Positions 1 through 12,944 of a DNA stretch of 64,000 bases are shown piece by piece; within the stretch, counting starts at the first letter, position 1, and each line of letters begins with the position of its first letter. This stretch comes from Tubulanus polymorphus. Lineage: Eukaryota > Animalia > Nemertea. The translations under genes and the position numbers were made by a program. Under the pieces are notes generated by a model. That model was given only the letters and a program-made list of their open reading frames with translations. It had not been told where the DNA came from and ran no database searches. The stretch is from the NCBI RefSeq assembly GCF_964204645.1, contig NC_134027.1:1272485-1336484 (forward strand), written 5' to 3'.

Positions 1-508
1 GATGGCCTCCACAGCCGTTTTGATGTGTGAAATAGCTATTTTGAAGCTTATTCCCGCTCTACAGACTTAAGTGTTTGTTTGATTTTCTTGTGACTCGAGC
101 AAAAGGAGGATGAACTCTACTGTGTTTGATGTGTGTAGGTCATCAAAGATGGCCACCACAGTTATATCAGTGTCTTAAATAGCCGATTTGGAGCTTGTTA
201 CATCTCTAAGGTGTACAGGTTTAGACTATATAATTTTATTCATAGTTGTACTGTGGTTTATTTATGGTGGTCGGAGGATGAGCCCTACATGATTCACTGG
301 TCGAGGGTCAATGTCTAGTTTGTTAAACGTGGAGGAACTCGTGCTATGCCCTCAGGCGGTCCCCGGTGAATCCGTCACTATAGCAACTGATTATGACCGC
401 CATGTTGGACGTTATACAACGGCAACAATGGAAATTTGACAACAAAAGATTGATTTTATTGATCAACACGTTCCATAGCGTCCAGTCCAAAATGTCGACA
501 TGTTATTT

Positions 509-1450
509 TGTAGAACCTCTGTAGGGGCCTTGCTGTGGATGCTGACTATACTCAGACATCGATTGTAGAACCTCTGTAGGGGCCTTGCTGTGGATGCTGA
601 CTATACTCAGACATCGATTGTAGAACCTCTGTAGGGGCCTTGTTGTGGATGCTGACTATACTCAGACATCGATTGTAGAACCCCTGTAGGGGCCTTGCTG
701 TGGATGCTGACTATACTCAGACATCGATTGTAGAACCTCTGTAGGGGCCTTGTTGTGGATGCTGACTATACTCAGACATCGATTGTAGAACCTCTGTAGG
801 GGCCTTGCTGTGGATGCTGACTATACTCGGACATCGATTGTAGAACCTCTGTAGGGGCCTTGCTGTGGATGCTGACTATACTCGGACATCGATTGTAGAA
901 CCTCTGTAGGGGCCTTGCTGTGGATGCTGACTATACTCGGACATCGATTGTAGAACCTCTGTAGGGGCCTTGCTGTGGATGCTGACTATACTCAGACATC
1001 GATTGTAGAACCTCTGTAGGGGCCTTGCTGTGGATGCTGACTATACTCAGACATCGATTGTAGAACCTCTGTAGGGGCCTTGTTGTGGATGCTGACTATA
1101 CTCAGACATCGATTGTAGAACCTCTGTAGGGGCCTTGCTGTGGATGCTGACTATACTCAGACATCGATTGTAGAACCTCTGTAGGGGCCTTGCTGTGGAT
1201 GCTGACTATACTCAGACATCGATTGTAGAACCTCTGTAGGGGCCTTGCTGTGGATGCTGACTATACTCGGACATCGATTGTAGAACCTCTGTAGGGGCCT
1301 TGCTGTGGATGCTGACTATACTCGGACATCGATTGTAGAACCTCTGTAGGGGCCTTGCTGTGGATGCTGACTATACTCGGACATCGATTGTAGAACCTCT
1401 GTAGGGGCCTTGCTGTGGATGCTGACTATACTTGGACATCGATTGTAGAA
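509..1450. repeat. 55-bp tandem repeat, 17 units (intronic)
   Basis: Unit tgtagaacctctgtaggggccttgctgtggatgctgactatactcagacatcgat, head-to-tail, no spacers. Confidence 0.98.
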
Positions 1451-3649
1451 ACTCTGCTAGGAGCATTGCGCTCGTATTATTGTGTAACTCCGTGTGCTGT
1501 GGACTAGAGTCTCATCTGCCCACATTGCGGTTCAGTCTGGTATTCCTCTGCCTAAGTCTGGTCTGGTGGTAGTAACATCAATCCTGGATAACCTTACCAG
1601 GGTTTATAGTTCGTTCCAGGATATAGCTGTATTAACAGGTGAGCTACGTGAGACTCGCAGCCGTCCGTGGGTGGCTCCGAGCCTGAGATGGCTGGCTCCG
1701 AGCCTGAGTCAGTTACCCAGGTTATTCAATCCTTGGCTCCGTCTGTCCATTATCATTTCGGGGTCAGGTTAATCTTATTTTAGCTTCCCGCCAATCGGAC
1801 TTGGACGGCGGGTCTAAGGTCTGTCTGCTAGATATGGACTCAATTAGGACTCTCTGTACCACCAGTTATCCCACTAGATGGCGTGTGTGTGATCAGTGCG
1901 ACAACCTTGTCAAAATCTAGTTCATTTTCAATGAACTGTCATCTAGATTTTTAGCCTCCCTTATCAGAAATTAGGCAAATTACTCCTCAGATGATCTTTA
2001 GGTTCATATTTAAGGTGGTTTTTACTGATCACTGTTCAAAGAATTTGAGAAATTATGGAAAGATTTGAATTGAATCTGAGAAGAAATCCGGGAGTTGTCT
2101 GAATGCACACTAGCGACACCTGGTGGATCCACGATTGCCACAAGTGGAATCCTCGATTGCCACAGTCGAACGTAGAGTATTAAGAGCTCAATTAGGTTCT
2201 TCTTCACGTCTCTTCTCCGGTTGGAGTGCTCCAGTTTTGACCGAACGGAGGAATATTTGAGAGGTGCAGATTCAAGTCCACCACGCGTAGATGCGTTTTG
2301 GCGGCTCGACTCAAACAATGCCAGCTCAAGCATCCATACTTTCTCAAGCGGCTTCTAATGCTGGTTGGAGAACAAGCGGACAGCTCCAACATTCTCGTGC
2401 CCCTTCTGGTCAAAATAATTCTAGTTCATATCGGTGAAAGAGGAATGCTCCTAAAAGGAGCTCTTCCTCACGGAGAACCTCAAAATGAATTCTCGGGGCC
2501 AGTGGGACGATGTCTATAACGAGCAGCCACCTACTGATCCGGCGTTCCCGGGTCGTATCACGGCGGCTACTGTCTTCAATTCTGAACACCTCCCGACACG
2601 CGCCCGAAAGCAGGTCACGAGACGCTCATCTCGTCGGCTCTCGAAGATCTGGCCAAACAGAGAGCAATAAAACCGGTACGGGACGAAGCCACACCCGGAT
2701 GGTTTTCACGAATATTTATGCTCCCGTAGGCCACAGGGCGTCAATGGACTTTAATAATAGACCTATCATTCCTCAATCGGCACATGATATCCCGAGGTTT
2801 CCAATTACCAAACCCAGATGGTAATTCTCCGCCCAGGTCGATGGGCGGCTTCATTGGACCGGGAAGTTCCTATTCACCGGAGAACTCGTCAATTTCACGG
2901 AATAAAGCGGAAAGGCCGCCAGTTCCAATTCCGGTCTCTTCCAGTCGGCCTCAGTACAGCCCTGGGTATTTACCAGCTTGGGTCAAGTCCAGACTACAGT
3001 CATAGGTTTCATAGATATGGAAGAAAAATAATTCCAGGGAACATTTTGAAATTTGTCAGTTATAACCATGGTTTCTCATTGTTGCTATCGTGGTTGTCAC
3101 CCAGATTGGCGATTATAACCAAGTATTTGTCTGTTGGTTTACCTCGACGACTGGTTACTAGTACCCAACTCGACTATAGAATGTCAGGAGGCGGTGACCA
3201 CTGTCGTAGACTTAGTTCACCAGTTAGGGTCCCGGGTAAACTAAGTAAAATCTCACTTGATGCCGTCCCAACAGTTCACATATCTAGGCATGGACTTCGA
3301 TCTCCGGATTAGCACGGTCTTTCCGTCCATGGCTCGAGTAGCCAATCTTCAAGAAGCTGTATGGCGGTATTTACAACAACCGCGAGGACGGCTAGTTATC
3401 GGTCACGCCTGTGGCTAAATGCAATCTCTGGCAATCTCCAAATTCTCGGAGAATATTACCTAAAACCATAGGAAAGGGTAAAGCACTACTCGGAAATACA
3501 AATTTTATTTCCAAAAATTATGATATAATATGGATTGCAGCTGTGTGGAAGAAGTTTTTAAAATTATTTAGGAGCTTATAATTTGAATACATGAATTGAG
3601 AACAATTTGAAATGTGTTGATATCCAAAAGTGTCTCCATTGACTTCACT

Positions 3650-3710
3650 CATTCACCTGATGAAGCTTCTATACATTAGTACCCAAAGCTTGTGTGTCAA
3701 ATAAACTAGT
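3650..3710 (+). mobile_element. Degenerate Penelope-like pLTR end / minimal hammerhead ribozyme remnant (second copy 50386-50446)
   Basis: cac-CTGATGA-ag...ccaaagctt-gtg...aataaa resembles the minimal type I hammerhead layout; the GAAA core reads CAAA. Confidence 0.4.
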
Positions 3711-3764
3711 TACACGTCCTATAAAGTACTACTTGTCTCGTTATATATTCTAAACCCCAGTTAA

Positions 3765-5145
3765 CAATTCCAGTAAGTCAGGTTTAGGGAATAGATATTT
3801 AAACCTTGAGATGAAACCGATGTGATACAATTCCAGTAAGTCAGGTTTAGGGAATAGATATTTAAACCTTGAGATGAAACCGATGTGATACAATCCCAGT
3901 AAGTCAGGTTTAGGGAATAGATATTTAAACCTTGAGATGATACCGATGTGATAATATTCCAGTAAGTCAGGTTTAGGGAATAGATATTTAAAAATTGAGA
4001 TGATACCGATGTGATACAATTCCAGTAAATCAGGTTTAGGGAATAGATATTTAAACCTTGAGATGAAACCGATGTGATACAATTCCAGTAAGTCAGGTTT
4101 AGGGAATAGATATTTAAACCTTGAGATGAAACCGATGTGATACAATCCCAGTAAGTCAGGTTTAGGGAATAGATATTTAAACCTTGAGATGATACCGATG
4201 TGATAGAATTCCAGTAAGTCAGGTTTAGGGAATAGATATTTAAACCTTGAGATGAAACCGATGTGATACAATTCCAGTAAGTCAGGTTTAGGGAATAGAT
4301 ATTTAAACCTTGAGATGAAACCGATGTGATACAATCCCAGTAAGTCAGGTTTAGGGAATAGATATTTAAACCTTCAGATGATACCGATGTGATAGAATTC
4401 CAGTAAGTCAGGTTTAGGGAATAGATATTTAAACCTTGAGATGATACCGATGTGATACAATTCCAGTAAGTCAGGTTTAGGGAATAGATATTTAAACCTT
4501 CAGATGAAACCGATGTGATACAATTCCAGTAAGTCAGGTTTAGGGAATAGATATTTAAACCTTGAGATGATACCGATGTAATACAATTCCTGTAAGTCAG
4601 GTTTAGGGAATAGATATTTAAACCTTGAGATGATACCGATGTGATACAATTCCAGTAAGTCAGGTTTAGGAAATAGATATTTAAACCTTCAGATGATACC
4701 GATGTAATACAATCCCAGTAAGTCAGGTTTAGGGAATAGATATTTTAACCTTGAGATGATACCGATGTGATACAATTCCAGTAAGTCAGGTTTAGGGAAT
4801 AGATATTTAAACCTTGAGATGAAACCGATGTGATACAATCCCAGTAAGTCAGGTTTAGGGAATAGATATTTAAACCTTGAGATGATACCGATGTGATACA
4901 ATTCCAGTAAGTCAGGTTTAGGAAATAGATATTTAAACCTTCAGATGATACCGATGTAATACAATCCCAGTAAGTCAGGTTTAGGGAATAGATATTTTAA
5001 CCTTGAGATGATACCGATGTGATACAATTCCAGTAAGTCAGGTTTAGGGAATAGATATTTAAACCTTGAGATGATACCGATGTGATACAATTCCAGTAAG
5101 TCAGGTTTAGGGAATATATATTTAAACCTTAAGATGATACCGATG
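3765..5145. repeat. 63-bp tandem repeat, ~22 units (intronic)
   Basis: Unit caattccagtaagtcaggtttagggaatagatatttaaaccttgagatgaaaccgatgtgata; internal 7-bp inverted repeat aggttta/taaacct. Confidence 0.98.
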
Positions 5146-5595
5146 AATTTAGCAATTTTGAATGAATTAAACCAATAGATTTCCAAAAGAGATTTCGATC
5201 CTAAGAATATTGGAAGCTTGTGTTTAACGTTACTAAATAGTAATATTATATAAAGCTAGAAGGACACGAGCGTATCCATTTTTTTGCCCGATCGCGACGA
5301 TTAAATTCGCCGGTGAATTTATACGCCCGATACGAGCGGGTACCGATCTATTTATAAACCGGCCATCACGGTGATTTCGTCGCCCACCGACATTAAACAT
5401 TTTCGATATTTATGCCGGTGTTCGCTCGTCTTGTCGGCAAGCTTAAAAAGATTTAGAAAAAAATACAAATTCTCATTCGTGAATGAACTGGATTCACCTG
5501 GGTTCAGTTTCATGAGACACAGTTCAAACTGCTCTAGAATTTGAGTTTGTAATTAATGTATGTGATTATAATGAATTGTATTTTTTGTTTTACAG

Positions 5596-8538
5596 CTTTG
5601 GCATTTCGGTTAAGTCGTGCGTTCCGGCGGGAGGAGTTTGTACGTTTGTTTCTCCCGGAGTGTAAGTAGTTTAACTATTTTCATACTATATCATTCAGTG
5701 TGACGTGTGTCACTGAATCAGGCGCGGATCCAGGAATTTTTCCAAGAGGGGGTTCATAAAAATCCTGACTAAAATCTCTAATGATAGCCGGGGCCTATAC
5801 GGCATATTGTTTGGCCAAACATAAGATCATATGGTACCGGTTTTTTGGCTTTTCTCGAGTAAGCATTTAAATTCCTTCAAGAAAACAAATTTTTAGAATT
5901 TTTGGTAGCTGATCAGCGGGGTCACGACCCCTGAAACCCTCCCTGGATCCGCGCCTATGATATCTCCTCAAAATCTAATAAAAACATTCAACAAATTAAT
6001 GCTATAATGACGATATGTAGCCTGTTATATCTGTCTATTTGAATGCATTTGCATAAAGAAATAGTTGCGGAATTATCAACCGCAAGTAAAAGTGTAACCC
6101 TAGTGGGTCTTAAGAGACGGCCAGAGCCTTTTTATAGGTTGTTATGGCTCACAACCTGACTTGAGTTAGCTGTACGGACCTGTCAGATTAGTTACTTCTA
6201 GAAGTTATGTTAGTCACATTTTCTGACTATATTCTGGAAAACAGTGGAAGCTTGTATCCACCCTAGATTAGAACCAATCAGAATAGAACCAATCAGAATA
6301 TAACCAATCAGAATAGAACCAATCAGAATAGAACCAATCAGAGGAAAGTGTTATCTCTGATCGGGTTAACTCGAGATATAAGCAGCTGTTGATGTGAAAC
6401 CTGCGGCCGCGGTATCAACGTCTTACTATAATACGCTATTTTACAGATAATTGATTTATGACAGGGTTTGGTTAATTAGCATTTTTTCTCGAGTAGTTGC
6501 CGAAAAAGCATAAAATTCGATTCAATTTCATTCAGATTTAAACAAACAAATCAAATTTAATTTAAATAAACTTCAAATCTAATTAAAATTTTGTTCAGTA
6601 TGAATAAGTTGCAAATCATTGAGAGGAAAAAATAATTAATTGTGTTACTTAAAAAAATCACAATTGTACTGTGTTTATCAAAACAGGAGACCACAGGACC
6701 TTTGGTCCTCTAGTATTCTTTTCCTGGCAATTCAAAAAACACTAAAACAGTCCAATCAATGATCGCTGCCAGACCAACACGATTACATTGAAATCAAACT
6801 TAAGTAGCATCAGGCGCCCCCTGTTGGAATAATATTCATAGCCGTAGCATCGAAACCATTCGACTTGTTGTTTAATGTATTTCTCTCTATTTTTATTTTA
6901 CAGTGGTGAACATTTTAGAAGAATGTCCGTTTGGGGACTTGGTGGGGGAATTCAAAAGAAACTTGGTTCCCGATAGGATACCACCACCGGTTAATCCTAT
7001 GTCGCCCGCTGCTGCCCCTCCCCCACGTCCATTAAATTCGCCTCAGCAGCGGCCTGTCAGACAGCCGCCCCCGGCCGCCACTCGTTCGTCAGACAGAGTC
7101 CGGGGACGGCTGTTTGAAGGAGATCTGACGGAGGTAAGAATGTTTATTTGTTTTCATATTTTATTCAGGATATCAGTTGAAGTTCAGCAAATAAATTACC
7201 CTATATGTCTACAGTTAGCCACTAATTCAACAAAAACCTGTTAACGGAAAAGAAGTTATAAATTTCCGTTTGCGGGTAAAACCCCATAGTCGAAAACCTT
7301 CGGGTTATTGATCTATATCTGCATAAGACCAATGGTTGTACACACGATTGCGAAAACTTATCCGTGGTAACACGTAGAGTACACTATGCGTGACTTACCG
7401 TTTCCTATCACTGGAAAACAATACTGTTTTTGACCATGAGCGCCATCTGCGGCGGTCATACGGACTGACTGGTGATTGGCTGAAATGCTTGTCTACCGTG
7501 GTGACGATTATTCGGTGTTACACGTGCAGCAGACACGTCTCTGAATATCTAACATATCACATATTTCCCGACAACATTTGATTTTGTTGTAACTCATCGG
7601 AAAAATGTGTTTATGAGTTGATTTTTTGTCGAAATTTTGTTCCACAAATAATTGGCTGTGTACGTCAAGAAGGCAGCTGATATTTGTATCGTGTGACCTC
7701 TCGGCCCGGTAATAAGCCGACACACATACATCAGATGCTTATTCCGTTGTATTGGATATAAACGCTGCTGTGCTCGTGACTTCCAGCAATGTTCTTATTC
7801 ACCAAAAATATCATGTTTTGTCCGAGTCTGGATTGAACGGATGACACGTTCAAACAGAACTACGAAATCAATTCCAGAAGTCGTTTTATATTGAAACGGT
7901 ACCAGAAGTCCCTGGTCTAATGGATACTTTTTCAAAAAAAGTAACGAGAACTCCGATGGCTTTACGTATCAGATTTCTATAAGCGTCACTCGTAGCTATA
8001 CCTAAGCGCCACCTTGTGGCACGATATCCTACCGGTAACTACATATAGGTGTTTTATTTGCTGAATCGCTGGTTTTCTCATTCTGATTTTTTATACTCGT
8101 GTTTGATTTTATACTAAACAAATTTTTCATTTTTTCTCTTTACAGACACGACCACCGCCAAAAAAAACTAGACCTAAAAGGAAAAGAAAAGTTGCGGTCG
8201 TCGTGGCTCCGCAGGGAGGAGGAGCAAGAGTGGTCCCGGCGGATGGTGCGGCTGACGAAGGTAATCGGGAGGAAGGGGAGGGGATAAATAGGAAGCGGCC
8301 GAGGAGGGATGGTGGTGGGGCTGGGGATGGTGCGGGTCCTGCTCCTCCTGCTCCTCCATCCGTATCTCGGGCGGTCACTCGTTCACTCGCCAAAAAGCTG
8401 GCGAGTGAACGAGTGGCCCGAGAGGTAGAGGTGGTGGCCCGACATACGGATGGAATGTGGGAGGAGCGGCTTCGTTCGGGGACAATTCCGGATTTGTTAA
8501 ACGATTTAAAAAATATTCTTTCAGTGAAGGGATATTAG
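5596..8538 (+). CDS. Paralogous copy of the orphan gene, last three exons only (5' exons expected upstream of window)
   Basis: Exons 5596-5661, 6904-7133, 8146-8538 with intact splice sites and frame; near-identical to 51954-54896. Confidence 0.75.
5720..5956. mobile_element. MITE with 15-bp TIRs (second copy 52078-52314)
   Basis: aggcgcggatccagg ... cctggatccgcgcct perfect inverted termini, no ORF. Confidence 0.8.
6270..6342. repeat. 15-bp tandem repeat x5, each with a CCAAT box (second copy ~52628-52700)
   Basis: (agaaccaatcagaat)n followed ~35 bp later by gatataag. Confidence 0.85.
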
Positions 8539-8590
8539 GTGCCTTGAACGCATGAGTCGTTCATGTGCACCTAATATGCCTTCACTGAAA
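8519..8590 (+). other. 72-nt hairpin straddling the stop codon (second copy 54877-54948)
   Basis: tttcagtgaagg/ccttcactgaaa, atattaggtgc/gcacctaatat and tgaacg/cgttca arms around a 7-nt loop. Confidence 0.85.
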
Positions 8591-9169
8591 AAAAATCAAC
8601 TATAACATGTACCACATATTTTTTGATTTAATTTTAGTCCAATTCCACAATTATTTCGGCTTTCAATAGTGTCTTCAATTCTTTAAAGCCCAAAGCACCT
8701 TTTTGACTCAACATCCAGTATGAAGGTGGCCGGGAATTGGGCCTGTTTTCTTCCTTTTTTGTATCCCGCCCAGCATACTGGTTGTTGACTCGAAAAGGTG
8801 CTCGCTCTGGGAGCTTATCAAAGGCAGGTGATGGGAAAGGTGCCATCACACACTCTCCTTTGATAAGTTTCCTAGAGTGTCACGGGCTTTAACGGGTTGA
8901 ATTCACTATAATACCAATTTTCCAAAATCAATTTAATTTCTTTCAGGCCATTCTTTTTCCATGTTTTTCTGGTACATGTTATGGTTGATTTCCATTTTCG
9001 AAAATCCGGAATTGAAGCCGTTCGAAGTCGGGGGGATGGTGGTGGGGTTGGGTTAGTTTAGGGTTCCTCTCTGATTACCTTCTTTAGCTCATCATCCGTG
9101 CAGGTGGCGCTTGCTCTTCTAGCCGGTGTTCCCTGGGGTAAACATTTTAAATTAAAAAGATCAAAAATT

Positions 9170-9890
9170 TAAAAAAAATTATAAAATCTTTAAAAATCTC
9201 ATCTCATTTCATCCAATTTATTTATTTGCGGGTGCGATCCCTATCGCACCCATTCATGTCATTCATCCAAAAAATTTAAAAAATCAAAAATAAAAAAAAA
9301 TTATAAAATCTTAAAAAATCTCATCTCATTTCATCCAATTTATTTGCGGGTGCGATCCCTATCGCACCCATTCATGTCATTCATCCAAAAAAAATTAAAA
9401 ACTAAAAAAGAAAAAAAATATAAAAATTCAAAAAATCTCATCTCATTTCATCCAATTTATTTATTTGCGGGTGTGATGCCTATCGCACCCATTCATGTCA
9501 TTCATCCAAAAAAAATTAAAAACTAAAAAAGAAAAAAAATATAAAAATTTAAAAAATCTCATCTCATTTCATCCAATTTATTTATTTGCGGGTGCGATTC
9601 TTATCGCACCCATTCATGTCATTCATCCAAAAAAAATTAAAAACTAAAAACAAAATAGAAAATTATAAAATCTTAAAAAATCTCATCTCATTTCATCCAA
9701 TTTATTTATTTGCGGGTGCGATTCCTATCACACCCATTCATGTCATCCATCCAAAAAAAATTAAAAAATTAAAAACAAAATAGAAAATTATAAAATCTTA
9801 AAAAATCTCATCTCATTTCATCCAATTTATTTGCGGGTGCGATTCCTATCGCACCCATTCATGTCATTCATCCAAAAAAAATTTAAAAAC
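9170..9890. repeat. ~120-bp A-rich tandem repeat, 6 units, each with a GC hairpin
   Basis: gggtgcgat-N4-atcgcaccc in each unit (a few single-base variants). Confidence 0.95.
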
Positions 9891-10139
9891 TAGAAATTAA
9901 AGTTCTAAGTTTGTTGTTAGATTCTATTGAAAGAACGTTGTAAAGTTCTTAATTTGTCGTAAAAAACGTTAGAAAAAAAGAACTTCTTAAAGTTCTCAAT
10001 CTGCCGTAAAATGCAATTGAAAAGATTATAACTCACATGAAAATTAAAAAGATAAAATAATTGATAAATAATCATTAATAAAAATTGAACTTTGGTCTCG
10101 CAATGTTTCCCCGTTATGCGTTTTTTACTCGTCGTCAAA

Positions 10140-10936
10140 CATCGGCAGCTCATCGTCGATACTCGCAGCTCGATACACACCAGCAGTTCGATACCAGCAG
10201 TTCGTCGTCGATACACACCAGCAGTTCGATACACGCCAGCAGCTCGATACACACCAGCAGTTCGTCGTCGATACACACCAGCAGTTCGTCGTCGATACAC
10301 ACCAGCAGTTCGTCGTCGATACACACCAGCAGCTCGATACTCACCAACAGCTCGATACACGCCAGCAGTTCGTCGTCGATACACACCAGCAGTTCGATAC
10401 TCACCAGCAGCTCGTCGTCGATACACACCAGCAGTTAGTCGTCGATTCACACCAGCAGTTCGTCGTCGATACACACCAGCAGTTCGATACACACCAGCAG
10501 CTTGTCCATACTCACCAGCAGTTTGTCGTCGATACACACCAGCAGTTCGTCGTCGATACTCACCAGCAGCTCGATACACACCAGCAGTTTGTCGTCGATA
10601 CACACCAGCAGCTCGATACTCACCAGCAGCTCGTCGTCGATACACACCAGCAGTTAGTCGTCGATACACACCAGCAGTTCGATACTCACCAACAGCTCGA
10701 TACACGCCAGCAGTTCGTCGTCGATACCCACCAGCAGTTCGTCATCGATATACACCAGCAGTTCATCGTTGATACACACCAGCAGTTCGTCGTCGATACA
10801 CACCAGCAGTTCGATACTCACCAGCAGCTCGATACACACCAGCAGCTCGTCGATACTCACCAGCAGCTCGATACTCACCAGCAGCTCGTCGTCGATACAC
10901 ACCAGCAGCTCGATACACACCAGCAGCTTGATACCA
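10140..10936. repeat. 18/24-bp minisatellite cgatacacaccagcagt(t)(cgt)n
   Basis: Direct reading; unit lengths are multiples of 3, which creates spurious ORFs on both strands. Confidence 0.95.
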
Positions 10937-11905
10937 AAACAGCTTTTAGCTGGTGAAAACCTACCCCCCCATCGGGGTTAAACATGATCAAGCTATTATT
11001 CTAGGAATATAACTGTTGCAAGGGAAGTTAAGATTCATTAACCTAAACTTGATACAAAGAGATTATTGCTAATTATGAATTTCAAGGGTTTAAAAACTGA
11101 TTTAAAAATCTTGAAAGACGCTCGGTCTCACTAGAGATTTTCATCTTAAAGATTTATTGTCCTCTTACTATTGTTTAGGTGATCTATAATTTGGTAAATG
11201 CTGCTGTTGGAAAGATGCCAGAAGAAAGTTGATTCATGCACATCTTCACTTCACGTATTTATTGCACAAGGCGCCGACTTGCACCTGCACTACACCATTC
11301 ACACTTCATCACTTCTGCATCTTTATCAATTAATTCTGGCATCTATTTGAAAATTACTTTAAACATCAGATCTCAAACTGAAACATTGAGGTATTGAATT
11401 TCAAACTGAAATATGGAGCTATCGAATCTCGATCTCAAATGTTTACTGGAAGCCATATTTGATGTTGTATTATTCATCATAGATTGTTTAGTGTTTTCTG
11501 GCATATGCGGGCCATTTAAGATGGTCAGATAAATTCCCCGGTGGAAAATATATCTCGTGGAAGAGTCATGGAAATGAAAAATATCTTATGTAGATGTGAA
11601 GTTAGGAACCTTGCAACAGTTATTCCACCTGAGGATAATTTGATATAAGATGAATCAGTTATTGGATCATTTAACTGAAGCCAAATATAGTGAAAAATCT
11701 TAGTACAAATTTGTCTCAAACTACAATTGAAAGGACTTATCACAGTTCTAATTCGACTCTAGGTGCGTTCAGAAGAACTTCTTAACAGTGAAAAAACTTG
11801 ACTAAAAATCAGGAATCGACCCTGTTCATTGATAAGATTTGATCTTTATTTGAAGATTAAGAATCAAACTCGCTAATTCACAATTTTTGGTAGTAAATAC
11901 TGTTG

Positions 11906-12115
11906 ATCCATCATATTCGCAGCCCCCGTGGGCTTACCAATCCATCATACGTGCAGCCCCCTTGGGCTTACCAGTCTATCATACTCGCAGCCCCAGTGGG
12001 CTTATCAATCCATCATACGTGCAGCCCCCTTGGGCTTACCAGTCTATCATACTCGCAGCCCCAGTGGGTTTATCAATCCATCATACGTGTAGCCCCCTTG
12101 GGCTTACCAGTCTAT
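11906..12115. repeat. 34-bp tandem repeat (~6 units, alternating dimer; second copy 58442-58651)
   Basis: atcatacgtgcagcccccttgggcttaccagtct alternating with atcatactcgcagccccagtgggcttatcaatcc. Confidence 0.9.
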
Positions 12116-12944
12116 GAGAAACATTCAGACATAGTAACCTCATGCTTTTCAACGACACCTTCTTATCACTCTGTAGAATGGCAATCGCAGCGTGAAATTT
12201 GTAATCGTATTTCTCCGCTGAATTTGAATATTTGATACGCGACGCGCGCGATTGAAGCTTTGTTTATGTTCGTGCTTGCCGCGATGAATTGTCATAAATA
12301 TATCCTCCGTACAGGAGGACCAGAAAAGGTTTGAAGGGATCCCTAGTTAGCGCTTGTCCAGGTTTGGCTCTGGACCCGCTTGTTCGACTAGGCATCTTGT
12401 TGGAAATTTTGTCGACTGAAACTTTCGTAACTTTCGTTTTAGACCTCACTTAGAAACCGCCTTGTTCTTCTGCCGTAGATGTTGACTGTGTCGTACCCAC
12501 AGTAGTATCATTTGAGATCTTCAAAGTCTCATTGCTTGAAAGTAGCCATCTTAAATTCAAATAGTTTCGGACATTTGAGGTCCTCATCAACTCCGAGTCT
12601 TCATTCAACTGCAGTTACTGCCATTTGCCAGTGTCTGATGTAGAAGTGTCTGACTTGACATTTTGATTTTCAGAATTAAAACCTTTTTCTATTAAAGAAA
12701 TTAGATATTGGTTAAAAAAAACGAGTGAATAATTGTTTGTAAGAAAAAAGAAAATCTTGTTAGAAAAAAATATAGATGTAAAAAAATATTGATGTAAGAA
12801 AAAAAAGTATATTGTAAATCGACAGACAACAGAACCAGCATCAGCAACAACAACATCAGAGGAAGCAGTAACCAGTTATTTATCAGCTCCATAAATTACT
12901 GAAACGAAATCCACAACTTGGAAACCAGACACACTCGACTCTAG

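Noticed and set aside
509-1450. 55-bp array (and the 46-, 47-, 52-, 63-bp arrays) as CRISPR
   Set aside because: Head-to-tail units without unique spacers, no cas genes, eukaryotic spliced context.
1494-3312. Cluster of overlapping short ORFs in a GC-richer intronic block (also 48230-50048)
   Set aside because: No recognisable domain or continuous frame; possibly a decayed TE but not classifiable by eye.
3750-5186. Minus-strand ORFs of (YHIGFISRFKYLFPKPDLLEL)n
   Set aside because: By-product of a 63-bp unit; interrupted by stop variants, antisense within an intron and no convincing start.
9917-10981. Long RRTAGVY / YTPAVRRR / CIDDELLV ORFs
   Set aside because: A minisatellite with unit lengths divisible by 3 opens frames on both strands; no splice or start support.
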